The notes beneath the pieces were generated by a model. It saw only the letters and a program-made list of their open reading frames with translations, was not told where the DNA came from and did not search any database. From Candidatus Pacearchaeota archaeon (GTDB taxonomy: Archaea > Nanobdellota > Nanobdellia > Pacearchaeales > GW2011-AR1): a DNA stretch of 64,000 nucleotides. Both the position numbers and the translations under genes were made by a program. The DNA lies in the NCBI GenBank assembly GCA_017609175.1, contig JAFCEJ010000003.1:77817-141816 (forward strand), read 5' to 3'. Position 1 is the first letter of the stretch. Every line of letters starts with the position of its first letter. Of this stretch, positions 1-8,742 are shown one piece after another.

Positions 1-1
1 T

Positions 2-1627
2 TCAGCAACAGAAACTTACAAACTAAGTGATGGTTCATATGTGGGTATTAAAGAAATAAATACCCAGGATTATGCTGGTGGAATAAAGCAAGTAGAATTT
101 AGCATTGGTAAAGGAAAGTTAGAATTAACACATGGTTCAGCTGTAGAATTGAATGATAAGACCATTGACGATTTGTATGCCTACATAACTTTAGGTAATA
201 GTGGTTCAAAGAGAACCTTACAAAAGATAGTTATTAGATGGCAAACAGAAGAGGAAACATTTTTGACACCTGAACAAGAATTGTTAATGCCTGGATTTGA
301 AGCAGTTAAATTAACAATGGGTGAAACAACTTTCCCTGCTAAAGAAACTACTACTGTTACTTATTCTGGAGATGAAGTAATTGAAATAAAAACAACCATT
401 AAAGATGGTGAAGTTACAATACCAATATTATATGCAAGCACAGTAGTTGGTGGTAATTTCACTGGAATTGGTAAAGCAGCTGATGAAACATTAGCAACAT
501 CAAATACATCTGAATTGATATATAATGCAACATCAGGTGCAGATGCTGGTTTTGTAGTATCTTGGGCAAATGCAAGAGATAGTGAATCTTATTATCTAAA
601 AGCAACAGTATCAAGGGATTCTACAACATATGTAAACAAGACAACAATTACAAATAAAGTAACAGGTGAAACTGTTTGTAAGGACCTTGACCCTGCTTCA
701 AGCAGTACTTGTACTATAGGAAATGTCATTTTAACAATTAATGATGTTGATTATACATCTGGAGGGGATAGAATCGTTAATATGAGTGTTAACAGCGGAG
801 GTTCGTTCCACGAACTTTATACTGCAGAAGGTTTGAAGATTTACTTGCCTTTTGGTAGTGCGTCAGCAAATACAACTGGAACAACAGAAAAAGGTTGGAT
901 AAGTCTAAACCAAACTGATGCGAATATGTACAGTGCAGGATATGGCCCAACACAATTCACATTGTGGTTCTCAGAAGAAGATAAAAATGGAGATTTGGAC
1001 CAAAAAACATTTAATGTAACTCTAACATCAAGTGGAACAAGCACAAATAGAGTTACAGTAAGTGCTGTACAAGGAGATGGTACTGCTTATGAAACAGCAA
1101 GTAGTTCAAAGATTTGGAGATCTTATGTTGAATCTGAACTTGCTACTAAGATTGACTGGGATAAAACAAATAGTGACCAATATTCTGTAGATTTAGAATA
1201 CCATGGCGGTGAAGTTTATGCAAACTTGTTTGTAACTGCTCCAAGCGTTACAGTTACAACAGGTAGTGAAGGAGTAACTTCATTAGGTGACATTATTGTT
1301 AAAGACACAGAAGTTTCATCTGTACAAGGTAAAAATTTGATTGTTGTAGGTGGAAGTTGTGTTAATAGTGTTGCTGCTAAGTTAATTGGTGGGGCACACT
1401 GTGGTGCTGCATGGGAAGAAGCAACAGGAGTAGGTGCAGGACAATACCTAATCCAAAGCTTTGATAATCCTTATGCAGACGGCGATGAAATTGCTCTATT
1501 AGTTGCAGGATATGAAGCTGCAGACACTGTAAATGCCCAAAAGGCATTATTAGCAAACACAGTCGACACAACTGTTGGTAAGAAATACACTGGTACAACA
1601 TCTGCTGATTTAACAGAAGCAGCATAA
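2..1627 (+). CDS. Cell-surface (S-layer-like) Thr/Ser-rich protein, C-terminal part; 5' end lies outside the window
   Basis: The reading frame is open from nt 2 with no in-frame stop upstream of the GTG at 41. It is Thr/Ser/Asn-rich with repetitive beta-strand-like composition. The C-terminal module is conserved-looking (GGSCVNSVAAKLIGGAHCG...ALLVAGYEAADTVNAQKAL). It has no C-terminal TM. Confidence 0.55.
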   Translation, partial: SATETYKLSDGSYVGIKEINTQDYAGGIKQVEFSIGKGKLELTHGSAVELNDKTIDDLYAYITLGNSGSKRTLQKIVIRWQTEEETFLTPEQELLMPGFEAVKLTMGETTFPAKETTTVTYSGDEVIEIKTTIKDGEVTIPILYASTVVGGNFTGIGKAADETLATSNTSELIYNATSGADAGFVVSWANARDSESYYLKATVSRDSTTYVNKTTITNKVTGETVCKDLDPASSSTCTIGNVILTINDVDYTSGGDRIVNMSVNSGGSFHELYTAEGLKIYLPFGSASANTTGTTEKGWISLNQTDANMYSAGYGPTQFTLWFSEEDKNGDLDQKTFNVTLTSSGTSTNRVTVSAVQGDGTAYETASSSKIWRSYVESELATKIDWDKTNSDQYSVDLEYHGGEVYANLFVTAPSVTVTTGSEGVTSLGDIIVKDTEVSSVQGKNLIVVGGSCVNSVAAKLIGGAHCGAAWEEATGVGAGQYLIQSFDNPYADGDEIALLVAGYEAADTVNAQKALLANTVDTTVGKKYTGTTSADLTEAA

Positions 1628-1640
1628 GTGCAAAACAAAT

Positions 1641-1671
1641 TTTATTTTTTCCCTTTTTCTTTTTTATTTTT
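1641..1671 (+). terminator. T-rich tract (archaeal oligo-T terminator candidate) after the surface protein gene
   Basis: The sequence ttttattttttccctttttcttttttattttt lies immediately 3' of the stop at 1627. Confidence 0.3.
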
Positions 1672-1749
1672 CATATGGCGAGAGCCTTATAGAATAAAGT
1701 TTTTATAGTCTAGTAAAGAAATTTTAATATATTCAACTCTAAAAGAAGT

Positions 1750-2334
1750 ATGAAAATGAGAACTATGAAAAAAATAACTTCAAAACAAGAAAAAAGCAGA
1801 AAAAAGAATCGAAATCAATTAATAGTAGGTTTAATCCTTATTGGGGTTATGTTATTTAGTGTGATAGGATATTCTTTCCAGGGAAGTGGGGGAAATGTTA
1901 ATAAAAAAATAAAATATAATGGTTTTGAATTCATAAAACAAGGAGATTTTTGGGTTTTAAACATTAATAACAATAATTTCGTCTTTAAATACAATCCAGA
2001 AGAAGTAGAAAAAATCAATGAATATCTAACCCCCCTAAATGGGTATTATGACCAACCGCTCTATATTTTTTCAGAAAGTAATGCGGCAGAATTAGAAATT
2101 TATAGAAATCTGAATCTTTTTGTTCAAAGAATTCAAAAGGCGTGTCCTGAAGGAGAGAAAAATTGTGGAGAGAATGACCCCTTTAAAACATGCAAGGATA
2201 ATTTTATTATTATTAAGGAAAGCAATTCTTCAAAAATATATCAGGAAGAAAATTGTGTTTTCATAGAAGGAAAACAAGAAGATTTAGTTAAGCTTTCTGA
2301 TGGATTTTTGTTTAAGATATTTGGCATAAAATAA
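1750..2334 (+). CDS. Membrane-anchored extracellular Cys-containing protein (paralog A)
   Basis: It has a basic N-terminus, one TM helix (LIVGLILIGVMLFSVIGY) and a 4-Cys ectodomain. Its architecture matches the next gene. Confidence 0.5.
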   Translation: MKMRTMKKITSKQEKSRKKNRNQLIVGLILIGVMLFSVIGYSFQGSGGNVNKKIKYNGFEFIKQGDFWVLNINNNNFVFKYNPEEVEKINEYLTPLNGYYDQPLYIFSESNAAELEIYRNLNLFVQRIQKACPEGEKNCGENDPFKTCKDNFIIIKESNSSKIYQEENCVFIEGKQEDLVKLSDGFLFKIFGIK

Positions 2335-2376
2335 CAGAATAATAAACTTTAAAAAAGATTTAGAGGAGATATTAAT

Positions 2377-3030
2377 ATGAAAAAAACAAAAGATAAGGAA
2401 AAACAAATTGAAAATAAAAACGATGATAAAAAACAAAAAGAAATACAAAACCAACAGTTAAAAAGAATATTGATTACAGGTAGTGCAATAATTATTGTCT
2501 TTTTGTTAGGTTTTGCAATTATTAATTCTATACGGCATTTTGAATATAGGGGGCTCAAATTTAATGTTGTAAAAGAGGGTCGTTTAGTGTTTTACAATGT
2601 TGTTTTTCCAATATATTCATCTGTTACAGGAAAGCATGTAGCAGATTATAATATCTATTTAAGAAAAGACCCAAGAAAATTAGAAAAAATTCCTTTTGAT
2701 GGAAAAATGAATTTAGATACTCCGTTAAGAAAAATGGTATTTGAAAGCAAGTATGAAAAAAACTGTGAAGGAGATTTTAATATTGCAATAGCTAATTTTG
2801 TAAAATCATTTGGGTTAATTGGAATCCAAGTGATTAAAGATGAAAATGCTTCGTGCGATTCTTATGGGAGATATATGTATATAGTGTTGCAGGAAGGAAA
2901 TGAAACAAGCATAGAACAATTTGGGCCTGCATGTTATAATATAAATATAAAAGATTGTGAAATATTAGAAGGAACAGAAAGATTTATTGTTGAAGCGTTT
3001 TCAGAATTTGATAATAAGATTTATTATTAA
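2377..3030 (+). CDS. Membrane-anchored extracellular Cys-containing protein (paralog B)
   Basis: It has a Lys-rich N-terminus, one TM helix and a Cys-containing ectodomain. Motifs align with paralog A (YNGFEF/YRGLKF, CPEGEKNC/KNCEGD). Confidence 0.5.
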   Translation: MKKTKDKEKQIENKNDDKKQKEIQNQQLKRILITGSAIIIVFLLGFAIINSIRHFEYRGLKFNVVKEGRLVFYNVVFPIYSSVTGKHVADYNIYLRKDPRKLEKIPFDGKMNLDTPLRKMVFESKYEKNCEGDFNIAIANFVKSFGLIGIQVIKDENASCDSYGRYMYIVLQEGNETSIEQFGPACYNINIKDCEILEGTERFIVEAFSEFDNKIYY

Positions 3031-3031
3031 A

Positions 3032-3514
3032 ATGATTGATTTAAAATTAATTTATGCTATTCTTCTCACCCTTATGCCAGTAACAGAATTAAGGGTTGGG
3101 CTTCCCATGGCCATTACATATGCTATAGAAAATGAAATTCCCATAATCCTTATTTTCTCGACGGTAGTATTATTAAATATACTTATAATTTTTTTTATAT
3201 TTTATTTTTTAGACAATCTTCATGAAGTTTTTATGAATGTTCGAATTTACAAGAAACTTTTTGAAGCTTATTTGAAAAGATTTCAAAAGAGAGTTGATAA
3301 ATTTGAGAAAAAATATGAAACAAGTGGTTTTCTTGCTTTAATGTTATTTGTTGCAATACCTCTTCCAGGAACAGGGGCATGGAGCGGGTGTCTTGTTTCA
3401 TGGTTGTTGGGTTTAGAAAGGAAAAAAAGCATCTTGGCCATAGCTACAGGAATAATAATCGCAGGGATTCTCGTTCTTTTTGGAACATTAGGATTTATTA
3501 ATTTATTTCTTTAA
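3032..3514 (+). CDS. Small multidrug-export-like membrane protein (COG2426 / PF06695-like)
   Basis: It carries the PLPGTGAWSG motif typical of this family and 4 TM segments. The start was moved to the ATG at 3032, directly after the upstream stop; the tracked start at 2987 overlaps the previous gene. Confidence 0.6.
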   Translation: MIDLKLIYAILLTLMPVTELRVGLPMAITYAIENEIPIILIFSTVVLLNILIIFFIFYFLDNLHEVFMNVRIYKKLFEAYLKRFQKRVDKFEKKYETSGFLALMLFVAIPLPGTGAWSGCLVSWLLGLERKKSILAIATGIIIAGILVLFGTLGFINLFL

Positions 3515-4015
3515 ACTCCTAAGATATTTGATATCAGAATAAAAAGGGATTTGTTTTATTTTATATAATCTGACCTCTGCAAACCAGATACCGATAACAA
3601 AAATAGTACTTAATAAATACCAAAATACCTCGTGAGCCAAATCAAAAAAATTAGAACCTGTAAAAAGCAACAGACTTAAGAAAAAAATCCTTAAAACATT
3701 CAAGATTAAAAAAACTATAAAAGACAGAAAAATCAATCTAATCCTTTTTTTGAATTTTATTCCGGGTGTTGATAAATTTAGAATTAATAATAAGTAATAG
3801 GCAGCGCCGGCAATGCAAGAGGGAATCAATTCAATTGAAAAATTGTTAAATGAAACAATATTTCCTGTCAAAGAAGAGTCAAAGAAAATATTTAATAAAG
3901 CATATGTTAGGTAAATCGTTAATGGGGTAAAGACAGAATAAAAGAGAGAAAGGTTCGGTACTGAAACAATTAATAGGATAAAGTATCTAACTAAAATGCT
4001 CTTTGTGTTATTCAT
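3503..4015 (-). CDS. Exosortase/archaeosortase family protein (compact, about 170 aa)
   Basis: It is polytopic with about 5 TM. It has a conserved Cys in IPSCIAGAAYY (compare the CSG motif of exosortases) and an Arg in NVLRIFFLSLL (compare the NALRI motif). It sits adjacent to a surface protein with a C-terminal TM plus basic tail. Confidence 0.55.
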   Translation of the reverse strand: MNNTKSILVRYFILLIVSVPNLSLFYSVFTPLTIYLTYALLNIFFDSSLTGNIVSFNNFSIELIPSCIAGAAYYLLLILNLSTPGIKFKKRIRLIFLSFIVFLILNVLRIFFLSLLLFTGSNFFDLAHEVFWYLLSTIFVIGIWFAEVRLYKIKQIPFYSDIKYLRSLKK

Positions 4016-4063
4016 ATTTTTTGGATGGGAAACCTATTTAAATAATTTAACCTTAAACAGAAC

Positions 4064-4684
4064 ATGAGAAAAAAAGTGTGTGTTTTTTTGGTTATTGCTG
4101 CATTAATATTAATCAGTTTTCAATATGATTATTGGATTGTTAAACAAATTTCTTCGGTAAGGAACGGTTCTTTGGATAATTTTTTTTTAGGAATTACTTT
4201 CATTAGTTCTGAAGTAATAATTTTCCTTTTTTTAACAAGTTTATTTTTGTGGAATGAGAATAAAAGAAAATGGATATTCCCTTTGTGGTTTACATTATTT
4301 GCATCTATGATAACTAGTTTTATTTTGAAATTTTTAATTCAAAGACCAAGACCTTTTCAATTAGGGCTTGTTTCAATAATGCCCATTTTAGAAAGAGCGA
4401 GTTTCTCTACATGGAATTTTTCTTTCCCGTCATTTCAGGCAATGTTTGTTTTTAGTGCTGTTCCTATTTTATCAAAAGAGTTTCCAAGATTAAAAAAATT
4501 TTGGCTTGTTCTAGCCATTTTAATAGGATTTTCAAGAGTTTATTTTGGACTTCATTTTTTAAGTGATGTTCTTACAGGGGGGCTAATAGGATATTTTATT
4601 GGAATTTGGATTATTAAATTAGAAAAAGAAGAAAAATTTGGTGAAGAAATATTGAAAAGATTAATTAAATTTATAAAAAAATAA
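4064..4684 (+). CDS. PAP2 family lipid phosphatase (motif 2 variant)
   Basis: KX6RP motif (KFLIQRPRP) and SRX5HX3D motif (SRVYFGLHFLSD) are present. The PSGH motif is replaced by PSFQ. It has 6 TM. Confidence 0.7.
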   Translation: MRKKVCVFLVIAALILISFQYDYWIVKQISSVRNGSLDNFFLGITFISSEVIIFLFLTSLFLWNENKRKWIFPLWFTLFASMITSFILKFLIQRPRPFQLGLVSIMPILERASFSTWNFSFPSFQAMFVFSAVPILSKEFPRLKKFWLVLAILIGFSRVYFGLHFLSDVLTGGLIGYFIGIWIIKLEKEEKFGEEILKRLIKFIKK

Positions 4685-4691
4685 ATTAAAT

Positions 4692-6362
4692 CTAACTTCT
4701 TGCAACTCTAATTGCTACAATTATTATTATAACGATTAAGATTACATTCAGCAATCCAATTCCCCATAAATACCAGTTATCTTCTGCAATTACAGACCCT
4801 GTAATTTCTGGGAATTCAAATCCAGTTGATTCCTCGACTGTTACTGAAACTGCTTGTCTTAAAGTTTCTTTTTCACTGTCACCAGTCTTTATTTCAATAT
4901 TAAATGTTTTAGAACCTGAAACATCCTTATTTACTTTAAACTTATATATAACTTCTACTGATTCTCCAGCACCTAAAACAACTATTGCAGGATTTATGTC
5001 CTTTAAACTTGCCCAAGATTCATAGCCGCTTGCTTGTAAAGTATAGGTTGCTTCTTCTGTTCCTGTATTTGTAATTGTTGATTTTATTGTAAGTTCTTTG
5101 CCTGCTTTTGCTTCAGATTCTAAGGTTGCAGAAACTGATGCATGAGGCGCAATTTTACAATTTCCTTCTACATTAAGTGGAACAATAAATAATGCTTCGT
5201 CTTCATCATAGTCATTTTCATAAATATCGTTATCTTCGTCATAAACTCTAAATTCAAGGGAATATTTTCCTTCATCAGCATCTTCAGATATTAAAATATT
5301 TGTAGAAAATTCTTCCTTGTCAAATGAATCAATATCTCCGATTTCTACTTTTTGGTTTATGCCTAATTCTTTATTGTAAATCATGATGTAAACATCCTCT
5401 TGATCATCATCACCAATATTCCAAACATCTCCTGCAATTTGCACATCCATACCACATTGAGCTGTTTCTACAATTTTAATATCGTCTAAGATAACAAAAT
5501 CATCTTCAATTTCCATTGTTAATTCTTCAGAATCATATGCACAGATTTCATTATCATCTGCATCTTCTCCAGTAGCCCATACATAAAATTCATAATCCCC
5601 GTCTTCTAATTCATCTATATCATCATCTAATTTAAAAGAAAGCACAATTTCCTTATCAGTCCTTTTCTTTAAGTTAAAATCATTTTCTTCGTCATCAAGA
5701 TACCATTCTCCTGTTGCAGTATTATATATCCCCCATCCAACAATTATATCTTTTATTTTTTCATCCCTGTTATTGTTCTCCACATTTATCTTTACTTCAA
5801 CCTCATCAAAAGGGAACCACTCATTATCTTTTCCAAATCCTTTAATAACTTTAATATCATCTATTTCTATTGATAAATCATTATTTGGATTTCCTGTTGT
5901 CCTACAAGTTAATACTTCCTCTGGCAAGGGGAGTTGAGTTACTGTAATTGATACTGGGATAGTATAAGAATGTATGTTGAGATATTTTCCCACTACTTCT
6001 AATTCTCCAGTATAAGTACAAACATCTTGGGTTTCAGGAATATTAAATGTGACTGTAACAAGACCACTTGTTTCATTTTTTGTTAAACTTGTTGGAGCAC
6101 CAGTAATAGTAAGTTCAGAGTTGAATGATTTTGAACATCCTGTGAGAACGATAGGAGAAGTAAATGCGATTTCGGTAATCTCGTTAATATTGCTTTCTTT
6201 TAGATAAAAAGATAATGTTACTTTAGAACCCTGGTCTGCTGATGCCTTAAGTTCGCTTAATTCAGTATTATTTGCATCAACAAACTTTATGCTAGCACTA
6301 GCCAGTCCGATTGACAAAATTGCTGTCAATAAAAACAATGCAAGTACTTTTGTTTTCATCAT
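4692..6362 (-). CDS. Secreted acidic repeat surface protein with signal peptide and C-terminal TM anchor plus basic tail
   Basis: N-terminal signal peptide MMKTKVLALFLLTAILSIGLASA. Internal D/E-rich repeats and a CARDB/DUF11-like segment are present. The C-terminus is FEFPEITG...LWGIGLLNVILIVIIIIVAIRVARS. Confidence 0.65.
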   Translation of the reverse strand: MMKTKVLALFLLTAILSIGLASASIKFVDANNTELSELKASADQGSKVTLSFYLKESNINEITEIAFTSPIVLTGCSKSFNSELTITGAPTSLTKNETSGLVTVTFNIPETQDVCTYTGELEVVGKYLNIHSYTIPVSITVTQLPLPEEVLTCRTTGNPNNDLSIEIDDIKVIKGFGKDNEWFPFDEVEVKINVENNNRDEKIKDIIVGWGIYNTATGEWYLDDEENDFNLKKRTDKEIVLSFKLDDDIDELEDGDYEFYVWATGEDADDNEICAYDSEELTMEIEDDFVILDDIKIVETAQCGMDVQIAGDVWNIGDDDQEDVYIMIYNKELGINQKVEIGDIDSFDKEEFSTNILISEDADEGKYSLEFRVYDEDNDIYENDYDEDEALFIVPLNVEGNCKIAPHASVSATLESEAKAGKELTIKSTITNTGTEEATYTLQASGYESWASLKDINPAIVVLGAGESVEVIYKFKVNKDVSGSKTFNIEIKTGDSEKETLRQAVSVTVEESTGFEFPEITGSVIAEDNWYLWGIGLLNVILIVIIIIVAIRVARS

Positions 6363-6450
6363 GTTGTAATTCCGGAGTTAATATGGTTTATAAATATTTT
6401 TATGATTCAAAATATATTCATACAAAACATATAATTTGTTTTTCAAAAGA

Positions 6451-6458
6451 TTTAAATA
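6451..6458 (+). promoter_or_regulatory. TATA-box candidate (tttaaata) for the 6536 gene
   Basis: An AT-rich TATA-like octamer lies about 78 nt upstream of the ATG. The predicted TSS falls inside the palindrome at 6479-6512. Confidence 0.25.
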
Positions 6459-6478
6459 TTCTATTTTTTTAATTTTAT

Positions 6479-6512
6479 CGTTGATAAAGATAAGTTATTA
6501 TTCTTATCAACG
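6479..6512. promoter_or_regulatory. 34-nt imperfect palindrome (operator-like or 5'UTR hairpin)
   Basis: CGTTGATAAAGATAAGT|TATTATTCTTATCAACG. The outer 9 bp are perfect and 15 of 17 positions pair. It lies in the divergent intergenic region between 6362(-) and 6536(+), just upstream of the RBS. Confidence 0.4.
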
Positions 6513-6520
6513 AATTGAAA

Positions 6521-6526
6521 GGAGGT
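6521..6526 (+). promoter_or_regulatory. Shine-Dalgarno-like GGAGGT
   Basis: GGAGGT lies 9 nt upstream of the ATG at 6536. Confidence 0.4.
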
Positions 6527-6535
6527 AAAATAAAG

Positions 6536-6922
6536 ATGGCTTTAAAATCTAAGGAAAATACTTTAGGAGCATGGGCTTTTTTAATTGGTGTAGTTTTGGC
6601 AATAATCATTGGACTAAGTACATCATTGATTTCAATTCCTACATTGACAAAATATAGTTCATCAATATATGCGATTCTAACAATATTGGGTATAATTGTT
6701 GGTTTCATGAATGTTACAAGCAAAGATTCTCAAACATTCTTAGTCGCTGGTGCTATATTAGTTATTGTGAGTAAATTTGGAATGGAAAGTGTCACTGGCT
6801 CTTTGATAGGAATTGGTGTAGGAAGTATTGTAACATCAATATTTGGAGCATTGTTAGCATTGTTTGTTCCTGCAACAATAATAGTAGCATTAAAAACAGT
6901 GTTTGGAATTGCTAAGGTTTAA
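6536..6922 (+). CDS. Small polytopic membrane protein
   Basis: It has 4 hydrophobic helices. The start was chosen at the ATG after the SD; the tracked ORF starts 21 nt earlier. Confidence 0.55.
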   Translation: MALKSKENTLGAWAFLIGVVLAIIIGLSTSLISIPTLTKYSSSIYAILTILGIIVGFMNVTSKDSQTFLVAGAILVIVSKFGMESVTGSLIGIGVGSIVTSIFGALLALFVPATIIVALKTVFGIAKV

Positions 6923-6924
6923 TT

Positions 6925-7554
6925 TTATTTTTTTATTTTTATTTTATTTATATTTATTATTCTATTGTCTATCATATCCATTCGCGGACAAGCAGTATTT
7001 ATCCAAGAATTAATATCAAAATTTTCAAATTCAGATATATTTAAATTATTAGCAATAAATAAATATGATTTTTTATCATTTAATTTCTTTTTTAGCTCTA
7101 TTGCGTTTTTGAGATTTTGTTGGCCTGGTTTTGTTGAAATTAAAATTCCTATTTTGTCCGCATTTAAAAATTTTAAATAAGCAACTTTTTGTTTCTTCTC
7201 TAATTTTTGTATATCTTTATTTGAAATTTTATTTAATTTATCTTTTTCTAATATATAAATAGGAAGATTTGTTTCAATGGCTAAAGAAATAGCATGAAAT
7301 CTTCCAGAACCGATTAATAAAATTGCTTGTGTTTGTTTTTGGAATTTTGGATTTGAGCAACCCAACACCTGAATAGTCTTTGTAATATTATGATTTTTAG
7401 AAAGAATTTTTTTTATTTCATTAGCTAGATTTTTGAATTGAACAGAATAAGCAATTGCTATATTTTTTGGAAGTTGCTTTGAAATTTCCAAGATTTTTAA
7501 TTTGTTTGCTTTAAGTTTTTTTTGTGTTGGTATGAATAATGTTTTGATTTGCAT
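6925..7554 (-). CDS. dph2: Diphthamide synthesis Dph2-like protein, apparently lacking the N-terminal domain
   Basis: It has the TACPRMDMID motif and a second Cys motif (LGCSNPKF) about 123 aa upstream. This matches the spacing of Dph2 domains 2 and 3. Only 209 aa are present, against roughly 330 aa for archaeal Dph2. Confidence 0.5.
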   Translation of the reverse strand: MQIKTLFIPTQKKLKANKLKILEISKQLPKNIAIAYSVQFKNLANEIKKILSKNHNITKTIQVLGCSNPKFQKQTQAILLIGSGRFHAISLAIETNLPIYILEKDKLNKISNKDIQKLEKKQKVAYLKFLNADKIGILISTKPGQQNLKNAIELKKKLNDKKSYLFIANNLNISEFENFDINSWINTACPRMDMIDNRIININKIKIKK

Positions 7555-7588
7555 AATTAATTAGAAACAATTAATTATATAAAAGTTA

Positions 7589-7786
7589 TTAATTATTTTG
7601 CTTAATATATTTTAATAATTCAATTATCACCCTATTTTGATAATATAATGAAAGATTCAAATAACCTGAAGCTACATTAAAAAATACCTGGCGATAAATT
7701 GTATCATTTTGTTCTCCTGCCTTAATTTCCTTTTCTGCTTTGCTTCTTAATTCTTCTGCTTTTTTTAAATCGTCTTCAATAGTCAT
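7589..7786 (-). CDS. Hypothetical small protein
   Basis: It is a 65 aa ORF with a charged N-terminus. No recognisable motif was found. Confidence 0.3.
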   Translation of the reverse strand: MTIEDDLKKAEELRSKAEKEIKAGEQNDTIYRQVFFNVASGYLNLSLYYQNRVIIELLKYIKQNN

Positions 7787-7797
7787 CTTATAAAAAT

Positions 7798-8193
7798 TTA
7801 TTCAAACCGGCTTCTTGGTTCATCTTTTGGTTTTGAATCTTCTTTTTGGATTTTTGCGAAAGAGGGTGTTACAATCACAAGATTTTCTCCGAATCCGGCG
7901 ATACTTCCTTCAAGAGCATCTGTTGTTTTCTTAATTTTTGAGATTGCCCTTTTTAATTCAATAGAATCTTTTTGTCTTAAAACTTTTATGTCAATAATTG
8001 CAATAGTGTAACCTTCTCTTAATGCATTTAAAATATCATTAACTTCTTCATAGTTTTTTAGAACAAACAATTTTACAAGAACTTTATTAGATTCTTTTTC
8101 TTCTTGCCCCAAATCAATTTCTATGTATTCTCCATTAAGGTCTTCTTCATTCAATGCGCTTGAAAAACTCTTTTTTATTTTATCAAAAACCAT
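7798..8193 (-). CDS. sepF: Cell division protein SepF homolog
   Basis: It has a SepF/DUF552-like core (ALREGYTIAIIDIKVL...DALEGSIAGFGENLVIVTP). ftsZ lies in the same region. Confidence 0.65.
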   Translation of the reverse strand: MVFDKIKKSFSSALNEEDLNGEYIEIDLGQEEKESNKVLVKLFVLKNYEEVNDILNALREGYTIAIIDIKVLRQKDSIELKRAISKIKKTTDALEGSIAGFGENLVIVTPSFAKIQKEDSKPKDEPRSRFE

Positions 8194-8316
8194 ACTATTA
8201 GATATTTGAAATATTTATAAAGATTTCGGGGTTTTTTTGTATAGTTTGAAAAGAACATTAGAAGATTATAATTAAAAACACATAATAATTTAAATAAAAA
8301 ATAATTTTTCTAAATA

Positions 8317-8655
8317 ATGCGTTTTAAGGAACTTACTGAAAGAACACTTGGGGGGAAATTTGATTCACATTGTACTATTACCTGTGGAAATCTTGTAGAA
8401 GATTTTACACCTTATTATTCTGATAAACCTAAAGAAAATAGATTCTTATTAAATTTTAATGAGAATAGAGATGGTGTTTGGCCAAGTGAAAATGAAAAAT
8501 TAATTCCTTTTGCAAGAACCAGAAAAAGATTGTTTGGTTATGATATTAAAGTTGAAATATTACCCTGTATGATTCCCCAAGCTTTAGAAGCATTAACGTT
8601 TAGTATATATATATTGATGAAAAAAAAGATGAATTTAATCATTCTAAATATTTAA
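8317..8655 (+). CDS. Hypothetical protein
   Basis: It is a 112 aa ORF. No motif was recognised. Confidence 0.4.
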   Translation: MRFKELTERTLGGKFDSHCTITCGNLVEDFTPYYSDKPKENRFLLNFNENRDGVWPSENEKLIPFARTRKRLFGYDIKVEILPCMIPQALEALTFSIYILMKKKMNLIILNI

Positions 8656-8742
8656 GTAATAAGATAAAAGAAAAAATAAAAGAAAAATTAGCAGTTCAAA
8701 AAGAATTGATTAAAATATTAAAAAATTTGAAATAAAAATAAA

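Noticed and set aside
2987-3031. Tracked start of the multidrug-export-like gene at 2987, overlapping the previous CDS.
   Set aside because: An ATG at 3032 lies immediately after the upstream stop. The 15 extra residues are not hydrophobic or family-like.
6475-6723. An 82-aa minus-strand ORF across the palindrome and the start of the 6536 gene.
   Set aside because: It overlaps a plausible membrane protein gene that has an SD. It would read through the regulatory palindrome.
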